From: Balanoglossus misakiensis
Taxonomy: Eukaryota > Animalia > Hemichordata
Length of the DNA: 64,000 bases
Reading direction: 5' to 3'
Assembly (NCBI GenBank): GCA_040954595.2
Contig: CM082591.2
Location: 520,518 to 584,517 of the forward strand
Part shown: positions 12,230-25,034 of the stretch, piece by piece
How positions within the stretch are numbered: position 1 is the stretch's first letter
Layout of the letters: each line of letters starts with the position of its first letter
The notes under the pieces: generated by a model
Told to the model about the DNA's origin: nothing
Databases searched by the model: none
The model's input: the letters and a program-made list of their open reading frames with translations, nothing else
Translations under genes and position numbers: made by a program

Positions 12230-14762
12230 ATTAATATTTTTGGGGGGTGGGTGGGGGTGGAGTACCCTAACTGGCTTGGACATTGGGAATAGTTACAGTC
12301 AACGGGTTGATGGAAATTCAGATAGCTGATAAAATCATAGGATAGAAAATATCAAAATTATATATATAGAATTTTTTTAAAAACTACATTGGTGTAATTA
12401 GCTAAATGACTGTTGATTCAATGGTCTCCATAGACACCTCAAATTTCTGACATCACGATGGCAGAACTTCTCCCTTGTTTTGACATGAAATGGAAATGAC
12501 CTTTGTCTTACAAGTTCAAGTTCACTGTCCTTGTCCTTGAGACTATAGTAATATCGCTTGAGGCATTGAGGTGTAATTGATCTGATGAGAGATACACACT
12601 TGATACTTTAACACGTGCATGAAAACAGCCTTCACCCCTAGTTGGTCTTTTATATGATGTTGTTTTTTCTTTACTCAATCAGCCCCTCACCCAGGTTCAT
12701 GGGATTTGGCCATCTGCATGTAGCAACTTTCCTGCCAATATTATATTGCCATCAATTAACACCATTGTAATAGAAAAACCAAGAATTTACACCAAAACTG
12801 CAACAAAAATTATTGACTCAATAAGCTGGACAGCTGTTCTGTCATGAAATGTGTATCTCAAAGTATTGAAAAAGCTTTTAAATATGAATCTACATTTTGT
12901 GGGTGCAGGATTTAATTTGAAAAAAACAATTACTATCCCACTGCTTTTTCCAATATTGAACATCATTCAATATTCATTTTGCACATACAGTGTTAATTGC
13001 TAATAGCAATTTGTATCTTTTGTTTAATTTAACACTATTACGTAGTTGTTAATATTTGGAATACATAATCACCTCCATTTGAAATTTTCAATTACATGAA
13101 ATTGTGTCGGCAGTTAATTGAATATTACAAATAGGTTCCCTGCTGTTATTCACCGCCAGGCAAAGTATATTTGTTCTCTGTAAAATATAAATACATGGAC
13201 TGTGAGATCCAAACATATAATTTAAGTGACTTTATCACGAAATTGATTTAATACACCAATGAACAAACAAGGAAAATTGTTGTTATGTAATTAGAAGATA
13301 AGACTTGTTCATGAGTTGTTTGCTGTTGAAATTCAAAGAATTTTTATCAGGATTAAAGTGTTAGTTAATACATATTCACACACGAACTAAGGGCAATGAC
13401 CGTAGACCCTGAAGGGCCTATGCATTGACCCACACTGTTCACCATATATTTGCATCATATGCTTAACATTTCTGTGACATTATTTAAGACAGATATAATA
13501 AGCATCCATGAAGGAAGATATTTGCTTATGTTTATAGGTGGGGAGCAGCATTTTTTGAAATTCTAAACTACCAGTAAACTACCAGGTAATATAAGTTCAA
13601 ATGACACAACAATAGGACGTGATGTTGCTCTGTGAGATCAAATATATAGTCAGTAATGCGAGTGTTGCAATCAGGCAGGGAAATATTTTTTCCTGTTTAC
13701 ATAGCAGCCCACGTATGTCTGAGATTTGTTCTCTGGTGGACTATAGACTCGACACGTTCATTTTTGGCATATGTTCAAATTCCTCACATTTTGCATGGCC
13801 AGCATATTCTGCATAAATCATAAACAAATGCTGCTACATATGAGAAGCAAGTGACGTTCATGTATGTTTTCTTCGTCGACTTGACGCAAGTGTAGTTCTG
13901 TGTCGGTAATATTGTTGTTTTTCCATTCATGACTTGGATGGAACAGGGCAGAGATGAACAATGAACAAGGAAGACAAAGAGAGGAAACAGAACAAAAGGC
14001 AAAGATAATAGGCCAATTACCTGTTTTTGTAAGCCTGAGAGCTGGGCATTCAACCACTGGAAACAGTTAGTCAGAGAAACAAGCAAAAATTGATTGAAAC
14101 AAAATTGAAATGTGGTTATACGATCGAAAGCGTCATAATTATGTCAACCGAGGAAGTTGTCATCAAGCAACGGAGTGACAGTGTAAAAATTTAATCAGAA
14201 AACGTGGCTGTAGTCATAGAAACCAGGTAAGACAGAGTTAGAACAATGTAGCAAAACAAAGAGATAATTATATCCATTGTTCCCATCAGTCTGATGTAGA
14301 TGGACATTTAACATGCTAATGGCAGTTAATTTAACATGTAATGGTGAGGTTTTGTTATTGTTTTTTTTTCAGGAGGGGTTCACAGTGGGTGCAAGAGGCA
14401 TTAGTGGGGAGATTATTTGGTGGTAGAAAAACTATTACCCAGGTGAATTGTGATGATTATGACTGGAGACTTTTGTGGAGGGATAGAGAGAAAGATAGAG
14501 AGAACAAATAGAAGACAGAGATTATGTCGTAATATTATATATTGGATGCATGTTCTGATTAGCCCATGGAAGTATTCAACCTAATTTGGTTCCTAAATCT
14601 ACTGAATTGTTAAGGAAGTGAAAAACGGTTTACTGTAATCAGGTTCAGAATTGGATGTTAATCAGATTTATATTTAGAAGCAGACTATGCGATGATATAA
14701 AACGATAATGGAAGGATTTATTCGAAGGACGTTACTTTAAGTGTCCAGTTTGCATTTCGTGC

Positions 14763-14790
14763 AATCAGTCAATCAATCAATCAATCAATC
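14763..14790. repeat. (CAAT)n microsatellite
   Basis: caatcagtcaatcaatcaatcaatcaatc. Confidence 0.85.
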
Positions 14791-16715
14791 CCCTCCCCCA
14801 GAGACATTATAATTAACCCCTCCCCTCCCCCAGGGACCTCATTATCAATTCTATGTTGTTGTAGTTGTACCAGGCAGGTGTCACTCCTGAGGCTACAAAA
14901 CCTTTCTTCTCCACTCACAGTCTCACCAACAGCTCTCCCGCATTGGAGCGAGCAGTGTTCTGTTTCATTAGTTGAGGTTTTCACACGTGCTTGAGTCGAC
15001 TTAATAGGTTTCTGTCTAATTCTTTCATTCCATTGTGTCTCCAAGCCTTGCGTATTACTGTCAAAGCTTAGTAGTGTATGTAATGAAAGTCGCAGAACAG
15101 ACCCAGTACAGAACAGTTATATGCAAAATGTGGATTCATGAGCTCAGAAGAATCATTCAAGATGAAGATCTCGCCCGCATAACGGACTCTGCTTCGTAAA
15201 TCATACAGAGGAGGGCACGAAGACAATTGTAGACAAAGAAATCAATATTTTGTGAACTGCAAACGGCACCTGAGGTAATGTAAACAACTTGGAATAGACA
15301 GAAATTAATGCCAAAATCAATATCACCTTTGTCGGTGCAGTTTAACTCTTTCAAAGATTTAAGCTGTCTCGCAAGGGAAGCTAGCTGTCTCTGCAATGTT
15401 GTTGGTCGTTTGAACTGCGCTGAGCAGGCAAAACAAGAATTGAACTGCATGAGGAAGAAGCATTAATATGCTGTGTGGTGAGTTGCTTTGCTAATCCACC
15501 ATAAATCATGAAAAAACCTACTAAATGTCCTCAAGAAGTAATTCTTCCATACTTCAAAGCCCACCAAAGGTTTCATAAAAAAGGTAATTATTCCCCCAGA
15601 CAAAGAGAGTTACTGTCATTAGCTGGGTTACAAACTTTATGTCTTTTAAATGCATGTACTGTGTGTCTCATTGAATCTGGTACTTCACTCTGCCATTGAA
15701 TTTATAAGCATCCAAGGGCTCTTTGTAGGACAACAGAGCTGTCTGCTGACATGTGGAGCAACTGTGTCTAGATGTATAATGTGTTATTATTATAGTACAT
15801 GTATGTGTACACAACGCAGGGGACAATAATTTGTGGTGTGGGTCCTTTGCTAGTAAGAATGTTTTATGAGAACACCTACAGTGCACACAAGTGTACTTGT
15901 GAAGACTGTGATGAATCGGTCTGAATTGTCTGTTTGGCCCCAAGAGGATTACACAGCTCAAAGCTAGAGCTGGACTGAATCAGGTCTGATTGTTAAGGAT
16001 TGTGATGTAATTTCTGATGACAATGCATTGCTGTGAAAATAGCACTGAAACAATGAGCTAGACAATATAATGATATCTTAATCAGGTTTGTTGTGGATCA
16101 CCATCAGGCAGATGAATTACCAGGCGCGGGCCAACTTCGGCCAAAATATTCTCACCAGGGCTGTAAATGTATTTTCCACCGAAGTGGTACACCATGGAGA
16201 GAGATAAGCCATTTAGGATTATACAAAAGTATGTTGCCACTTTCTGGTCGGACAATAGAACAAACAAAGTAAGAATTGCATCACTGGAAATACTCAAAAG
16301 ACCTTGGTGTCTGCAAATATATTAAAAGGAGTTACAAAATGCTTTGTTTATGAAGTGTGTTACCACAGCAACTAAAGGAGAAAGTCCTTTTGATAGTATA
16401 TCCCAGAAATGTTTTAATACAATTGCGAGGACATTATTCATCACTTTTGCGCACCTGTCTGTCTGTCAGAACAAACCATTTCTGGAATTTCTAGCATTCC
16501 TTTGGTGTTTTTATATGTCGAATTCAAGGCTGGACTCTGCCGGATTATTGTGTTCGATAACATCTGACCCGGAATGTTTACTGGAATTGTTTGCAGTGGA
16601 ATTTCGTGATAGAATTTGGTGGAACGAATGTTGTCAAAATATTGTGTGTGTTTGTGTTGACTGTCGAGTGAGGATTGCAACAAGGGAAGCCTTGTTTCAA
16701 GAGGTTGTTGTTTAA

Positions 16716-16809
16716 TTAACCCTTTCACCCCCAGTTCCCTCTTTAGAGGTCCAAATTTACCATAGAAAATGATAGATTTAGGACCAAACTATAGTGGTAA
16801 AAGGGTTAA
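16716..16809 (+). mobile_element. Roughly 90-bp MITE, piggyBac-like ends
   Basis: TTAA-CCCTTTCACC...GGTAAAAGGG-TTAA, with interior tctttagaggtccaa..taccatagaaaa shared with the other copies. Confidence 0.8.
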
Positions 16810-19800
16810 TGCTTAAGCAGTAAAGTTGTGAAAATGGCTATGTATTTTATGGATGGATGGATGAGTGATTTGGAATTAAATGCACTGCCGGCATAAACTA
16901 GAATTGGGTCATTTTAATCTACAAACCTGCATGCAAAATGCTGATCTGTGGAAACCATGTTGAACCCAGCGACTATGGAATCTAGTACACGTGTAATTAT
17001 ACCACAGGCTGCTATGACATCTATTTTTAATGCGTACCATTTTACTGGCTAATTCTACTTGTGGTTCTGTAAAAATAGATGCAGTGACATTGGGTCAGGT
17101 GGAACTTCTGTTACATTTAATATCAGCATACAGGGAAGTGATACTGAAGATATCATGCTCTGTAGTTGGCAGTTGATGGTTGACACACAAAGTTCCTCTG
17201 GCTCTCTGCTATGCTGGGGAGAATTATCACACAACAGAGAACCTGTAGCAAATTTGGGGCTGTAGGAGATTGTCAACCACGTTTTTGTATATTGAAAAAT
17301 ATTAGATAGACTTGAGAATGTCAGTTATGTGGTTGGAATATCTATTATGTCTATTTTGCAAGCGTTTCTTTATTTCTGTATTTGTTTATTGAACAGATAA
17401 ATAATAATTACAGAATTGTAAAAAATGCCAACAAGAATGTTAAAGTCACAAGATATTGGACATGAAATTTGAATCTAGGAATTTGTGTACTGGAAATATA
17501 TCCTGAGTGTAAAGACGTGTTATACCCTGGATAGTCTTTTGGTGGTTGACATGTTTATCTGGGTTTGCGAGCTGGAATGTGGTTTGTTTACTGATGATGT
17601 ATAGCTGTCGTTTTCTGATGCCCTATTGGTGGCGGTCTGGATCAGATTTCAGTGGAGACATTAGGGGAAAGTTGAGCAGTATCACATGTCTTGTTTGAGC
17701 ATCTGCATTTCTCAGCGAGGTCTGACGTCCACTGAGTTGTCTTGTCCCTTCCCTGCTTGGCGCCATTTCTGGTAAGATTTGTTCGATATCCTTGAAACTT
17801 GCACGTATACGCATTTGGCACAAACAAGTTTACTCGTATATAACTGTTGCAAAATATGTTTAGGAGTTTCTGTGCGGTCCAGTGATCATATTGCGATTCT
17901 ATTGCGTGGCAAGTACTTGAGCAACCACTCGCCAAGGATATCACGTTTTCTCTTTGAAATCTATCTCGATGTTTTCCACTCATTGTGTGACATCATCGGC
18001 AAGTGTTCTGCTGAATCAAATCAATCTTCACTTCCCAAAATTCTATAAATGCATACATTCATGTTTCATCACTAGAGTTCATTTCCTGTTTGGATGTGTT
18101 TAAAAAGCTGAACATTGTGAAAAGAGTGGATGATTGAACTGAGACAGCCGTGCTGGTTTCTCCACTGTGAAAACACTGAACTCACAAAGAGTTTCAGCCA
18201 TTCCGCGAGTCATAAATTTTCATGAGAGGCAGTTTTTAGTTGTTCTAGTATTTTATTACTATGGTTACAGAAGAGTTTCATGGTACAGAGTTATTGACAC
18301 AGTTTGCAGTGATTGCTCTGGGGGAAGTTGACCGTGTCTAAATGTTGTGTAGTGTTTTATTTTTCCTGAGGCTTTTCTTGGGTGTGTGGGAGCATGAAGT
18401 GAGCAACTTGGCAATTCTAAAATCCCGAAGGATGAGCAAAGATCAACTTTTCATTAAATCTGTGAATAGAATCCTTGGTACTCTGCGTGGTCGCCATGTG
18501 GAGCTTGCATGCTCGGACAAATTGAAATATTGAAATGAAAGTCCTTGAAGAAACAGAATTATCTCCTCCAGGTGGTAGAACCAAAAGACCAAGATGTAAT
18601 CTTGTGGTTCTTTTGAAATCATTATCCCAAACTCCCAGTGGTGTATGACCCATGACCCATGTTCAGTGACCCTTCCAACCGACATGCTTGTTTGCCTTGT
18701 ACAATACTGGGTTGCAGTCTTCCATGCAGCTGCGTGTTGCCTGTTTTGAGTTCTTCAGACATTCTTCGAGCATTGTCACGCTCAGTTGGCACCCACTGAC
18801 AACAATTTTGAAGGTCATTTTTGTTTACCACAGGAGTGGGGCACATTCGCAATATTCTTGTAGTTTTGTTATGTTCACTTCAAGTTTCTCCAGGTAACAA
18901 ACCAAAACTTGATGATATTTGCCAAGTACACTACTTTTTCTCTCCACGTCTTCTTGAAAACATATACATTATTTTCTAAAATCATCACTCTCATAAATCT
19001 GAAGTTGTCTTCAGCTTTGTTGACATCCTGAAACTTAGGAAAATAAGAAATATGGTACACTTATATTGGTCTCCATTTTAGACATCTAGGTCACAAGGAT
19101 ACATAAACTGGATTCCAAATTCAAAATCTACCTCAAGATGGCCCCCTGAGTCAAAAACACCAACTTAATTCAATTTATCACTTGCTTAGGAATGTGTAGA
19201 TCTAGGAAGGCCTAGCTTGGACACCATTAAATGTCAGGTTTGGAAAGGTTTAGATATTCCAGGATTTATGGCTCAGTGTACATTCCATGGAGGTTACCAC
19301 GGATGAATTCTTTGCCGGGAATAGCATGCTTGCACTGATAGTATATATGTGTGTGTTAATATTCATGACATTTATGTGTTTGCTCCGTTTTAAAGACATT
19401 TTTGAAACTACTAAAGTAGATTTCTTATTCTTTGTATTCGTAATCTCTACATGTATTTTCAAAACTCTGCATCTGCTCAAAACTACAGCTGCATGGAAAA
19501 TGTATGTATGTCAACTGGGCGTTGATACAGATTCAAACATTCCTTGTAAGATGAATGTTATCTGCTTCTTCTATGTTGCCCTCAGGAAATCGAGATAAAA
19601 AAGTGGTGAATTGATGTCTGGTCAGACTTTGTTTATATTAGACACAGTGGGGAAAAGGGAGGAGAAAGTTTGATTTCTAATGGGTTAAGGATCAGGAAAG
19701 GATAATTTTAGTGTATCTCTAGTAAAAATGAAACTTAAACTTGACAGGGAAGGCTTTTTCTAATTAAAGAATTTCGAGAGTTGTGGTTTCAGCGCCCAGC

Positions 19801-21394
19801 TGGGTTGTTTCCTTAAGGTCACATGTCATACACACTTGTGTGGTACCGTCTGACGGTTCTGATTTGAAGATATACAGGGACAGAATTAGATCTCTCTCAG
19901 ACCAAAGAAAGATGATGTTTCACTGTAAGTGTGGATGTTTGTGAAAATGATGACGAGTGATGGGGTGGGTCTGTGAAGAGTCGGTTGATGCATTTTTCTG
20001 TCTTTGTTCAATCTAAATATTTGAATTTATTCACTTAAAATATATCATGTTCTCTTGTTTATTTTATCTCAGTATACATTTAAATGCACTGGCTGCAATC
20101 CAATTAAGTACCACAACCCAATTAATTGCTTAATTTATCAGCTAATTATCACATGATTACACATGTTTAGATTGTTGGTGTAAATTGTTGTCTCTGTTTA
20201 TATTGGAGGGTTCAATCCTGGAATGACAGACTTCCAGGGGTGTTGGTCAACAGAAATGGTGTTCAAGATTCTGCGGCCAGTTCATTGATCTGCAGAGCTT
20301 GGTTGTCAGAGTTTCTATGGCTGGCTGGCTACGCTGTACCTTTTATCATGAAACGTAACTGAAGACAATTGTACTTGACTATGCATCTGTGGAGCTGTAT
20401 GTCTAATACACTGATAGCTTATTTCTGATTGGCTCTCAGCAACTTTCCCAACCGTTCACCTAAATACATGAAGGACCTCAGTGTGTGGTTGCAATCAGTA
20501 CATTTACAGACATTATATACATGAAAGAACAAAGATTTATATCCAGATTGGAACCATCATGCCACATTGCACACTGTGTTTAGGTTCCTACAGCTTATCT
20601 ATGCTAGGGCATTGCTGGTATGTCGTCCTGTTAGGCTGAAGGCAAAATGCTGTGCTATATGCATCAGTTCTCTGTACTAACATGTAATACATGAGTGTCA
20701 GTGTGGAGTTGTATCACATGGAGGGATACAGGGTAGGGAAACTTGAGGTCTCCTACACTATAATGTGTTGTACAAGTCTTGTATGTGCATTCCACAGAGA
20801 TATTGCGCAGCAGGAGGGGTCCATCTGTGCGATCTCGAAACAGAGTCAGATAGTTACTTTCAACTGTGTAATGAATATCTTATCTTCTGCATTGATGTTA
20901 CAGGTTTGGTGATTGGAATGCGAAGGCCTCTTCAGACGTGGTCATCACCGGATAATCCCATCACCACCGGATAATCCCACGGAATCGCAGACATTCCACA
21001 GAGTGTAATGGAATACTCCCCAGAGAGAACGGGAAAAGTAGTTTGATGAAGATTAACTGCATTTCCAGTAAAACCGCGAAGGAGGGGTCTTGACCTTGAG
21101 GTGATCTTGACATATCTGGAGTTGTTAGGTCAGGTCAGGTTATATTCTGACAGAAACAGCTTTATGTAAGGAGAGCAGAAAGCTAGAGAAAGTCCTTATC
21201 ATAGGTCTGGATGCATTCAAGATTCTGACTTGTCTATTTCTTGGCAATACCTCAGAAGAAATGTAACTTTTATCTCTCAATGTCTGAATTGAATTGGGTG
21301 TGATGACAATCTGTTGTTGAGAAGAAACACACTCTGAGTCTTGGCTGGTCCGAGATTTTTCCTCTGAAACGATTTACGCACATGTGAACTCATA

Positions 21395-22792
21395 ATGGAA
21401 CTCAAAGTTTGGGTTGAAGGGATTCAGAGGATTGTCTGTGGTGTCAACGACAAAACAACCTGTCAGGATATAGTGATCGCTCTCGCACATGCCACAGGCA
21501 AAACTGGTCGCTTCTCACTCATCGAGAAATGTCGCAACACAGAGCGCCCTTTACCTCCATCAGAGAACCCACTGCGAGTTCTCTCCAAATGGGGACACTA
21601 TGCAAGCGATGTACAATTCATCCTTCGCCGATCGGGGGACTCGCCAGCGTTGAGCAGACCGTCATCTGGGAAACGGAAAACTCAGGATAAAACTGTTCCG
21701 GGATCTCCCATAGATTCCAACAAGAAAAACTTCCCAGTAAAGAAGTCAATGACATTCAGTGGTGGAGTGAATAGCCTTGTTTTCAAAGGGAAAGAATTCC
21801 AGGATAAAGTTATAGAAAACCCGGAAACGACTTACGAGGATTTAGTGAAATTAGTGAGTTTACAGAAGGAAAAGTTGCAGTTACAGGAAGACGACCTGGA
21901 AAATTTGGAAGTTGAAATAAAATCCCTGGAAAAATTTGAAAATGTTGACACTTCAGGGGAACAGGAAGAGGAGGAAGAGTCTCTAGAGAAAAAATTCCGG
22001 AAAAATGAGAGTGAGCTGTCGGAGATGGATTTTTGGGAAGATGAGCTCAAGATTGAAAAACAGAATGAGGAGAAACTGAAAAGAGATCTTGAAGAGGCTG
22101 AAGGCAAAGTGAAGGAAAGTGAGGAAAAACTTGTGCAATATGAGAATCAGATCAAGGAATTGTCGAAAGATGTGTTGGATGAAGAGAAAGAACAGCGAGA
22201 AGTGAAGGAAAAATTGGAGAAAGAAATTGAGAAACAGGAAACAGAATCACAGGAAGAACTTGCAAAACTCCGGAAAGAGTTGGAATTGCAGACCAACATT
22301 GATGAACTGAATAATAAATGTATTGATGAACTTAAAGAGAAAATTGAAAAACTTGATGAAGCATTGACGGAGAAGGAAAATAAATGTGAGGAACTCGATG
22401 CAGAGTTGAAAGAAGTGAACTTGCAGGCCTTTGAGGATGTTCCCAGTATTTCAAAGTCTTTAGTGGTGAAACATGGGCGATGCAGTACACCTATACAGGG
22501 TGAGTTGGGGAAGTTTTGTTTTATGAAGGACATCATGAATTTTCCTCTGAATTTGAGAATTAGCTCAGCATGAGTACCTTCTAACAGCACTGGGAAAACT
22601 CGTGATAATAATGGATGTCTAAATCTGGCACCCGGTTGACAGTTATTCTTGTCTCTTTTATTGTTTACAGATCTATTATCTGGAGCTTTCACATTGCCAA
22701 GACATGGAAGTGGTCGACATTTCCAAGGCAACCCTAGAATACTTGAGACAGCCGAGCCCAGCTCTGAGAATCCTGAAGGAATTTGGGTGTAA
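21395..22792 (+). CDS. RASSF8: N-terminal Ras-association domain protein RASSF7/8
   Basis: Exons 21395-22499 and 22671-22792. The N-terminus MELKVWVEGIQRIVCGVNDKTTCQDIVIALAHATGKTGRF is the N-RASSF RA signature, followed by a long acidic coiled coil. The spliced C-terminus NPEGIWV* resembles the RASSF8 end. PolyA signal AATAAA at 23778-23783. Confidence 0.92.
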
Positions 22793-25034
22793 CCTGTTTA
22801 TTGGTGATGGATTTCGTCAAAACGAACGCAAGCAATACATTGTGGCTGATGGCGCTCTTTTCATCTGCTGGCTCCTAAGTCTTGGTTTAATATCAGCTGA
22901 CAACAGTTTTATTTTTACAGTTTTGCATGCGTATGGTAGCTTTCAGGATTTCTGGGTTCTGCACAGTCATGCAAAAACAAAGCCAACATGTCGATTGTGA
23001 GAAATAGAGCCTGTTGATCTCCATGCTTTTCTGACGATGAAATGAACTGCTTGATAGTGTAACCTAATGTGCTTTTTTCCCCACTGCCAGGCCATTCTAC
23101 TTTCCAAAGCAATTTATATTTCCACTGCCTGCATGAAAAGAACCTTGCATATAAACAAGATATTTTACTAAAGTCGCTTGAGGGTGCTCTCTCACTCTAC
23201 ATGTATTTATTTTAACTATCTCTTTCTAACTAAACTATATTATGTTGCCTGTATGTACAGACAAGGCTGCCTTAATCACATTTAATCTGAAAATTTAATA
23301 TTCTGTTTTTATCAATATTTGTGTAAAAGTTTCTTACTCTATGCAAAAAATCCAGATACGTCCATTTGATGCACAAATTTTAAAGTCTATAACTTTGATC
23401 TTGTGGAATTTTAATCTCTACTTTGAGAGAATATTTATTATGAAAACCCTCACCAATATATTCTCTGTCATGGAACTTTAAGTATTGTGGATGTTCCATT
23501 TTGAAAAGGCAGTTGGTGAGGAACCATGGTAAAATGTTTTCTTATATAATATTTGAAGTTTTAATATTCTATTTTAAAGAAATATTGCATTGTATTGAAT
23601 TTCTGAAGCTTGATAGAATTTGTGGATTATAAATAACAACCACGAATCACAATATAGCTTTCTCATGATACGCCAAAAAAGCTGCCAGAAAAATGTCAAG
23701 AACTTCTTTGCAAGTCACACGGTTTGTCTTGAAAGACAACTGCAATTTGTAAAGATAATTTTCTGATACATTATATAAATAAACTTCATGTTATACGATA
23801 TTGAGATTATTGCTCTGGTCTTTCTTTTAAGGGGACAGTCGCGTAAATATTTTGGGGTTCGCGTCACGTATCAAGTACAGTTTCTTGTTCTACTCCCATG
23901 TTATGGCATTTAATTAAGATGACACAGACAGAATTTTCTTTTAACTTAAAAGACTTTATTTGTACAAAAAAAGATTATGCTCTACTGGCATAAACTAACA
24001 CATGGGCGGCACATTAATTCAAAAAGTAGAAAACTCAAAAGTTCATTGATTAAAAAACAACAGACACCATTAGCTGCAAGCAGTAAGGTCTTCTACCCCT
24101 ATATTCTCAGTTGAATGGGCTGCGGACAAAGGAATTGGACTGAACTACTGACAATGCAGGGGTGGAGAAGCTATTCAATGAAGTTGCAGACTGTACTCAG
24201 CAACACTCTACACACAGCACACAGTTAAAAAATTATTTTGGACGACTAGAAAAATTCTTAAACCTTTGTAGGTCAGTAAGGTTAAGAAATCAGTACACAG
24301 GATATTCAAGACGTGATAAATGTGAAAGTTACATTCTTGTCCGAGGAAATGATTTCAGCAGCAAACACATGACACACAGGATCTTAGAAGTATTTGCTGG
24401 AACAGTATTACGGAAGTACTGGCCAGATTCAGGAGTTAGTTCTGCAACAAAACACGAAGGCAGCATAATAATTATTCTGTGTAAAATTTGGAATTATATC
24501 CAATGGGACTAATATTTACAGAGAAATTTACAATTTTATTAAATGACATCCAAACCAAATAAAATGTTACAATTGTGAGTCTCTATACATGGATTATTGA
24601 CACATTTGGACGGAAAGTTACCAGCTGATCTGCGACTATGGTGACAGCAGCCATGTTAACTTTTTGATTCCCATGGAAACATCTTACCAACTGTGATAGT
24701 TGCCATGACATATTGTTATGTCAAAACAGAAACTAGTTTCTACAAAAAATGTCTGTGATAACAATGCTGAAGTCGTGACACATCCAGACAAATATACAAA
24801 ACATTTCAAGCACGTTCTGGGTTTGTTTTTGTGGCTCTACTTTGTCAGCCAAAGTGTAGACCTCAACCTTCACAACAATCGTCGACATGTGTTGACACGA
24901 ACAGAGAATTCACAGCAGACGACATCACACGTTGCCCTCAAAACACCACACTTTGCAATTTTGACAATTCAAAATGAAAATAACAACCAGAAAGAGTGTT
25001 TGTACTTCAAAGATCAGAAAGATACATTTCGATA

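Noticed and set aside
13600-19600. Scattered 60-120 aa ORFs as a possible hidden gene or transposase remnant
   Set aside because: No coherent exon chain and no transposase or reverse-transcriptase motifs were recognised; a profile search would be needed to exclude decayed elements.
21832-22731. Ser/Phe-rich minus-strand ORFs
   Set aside because: They are antisense shadows of the Glu/Lys-rich RASSF coiled coil.
22793-25034. miR-210 hairpin, expected from the human RASSF7-MIR210 linkage
   Set aside because: No match to the miR-210 mature sequence was seen on either strand by eye. The seed-like ttgtgcgtgt near 44589 lacks the rest of the mature sequence.
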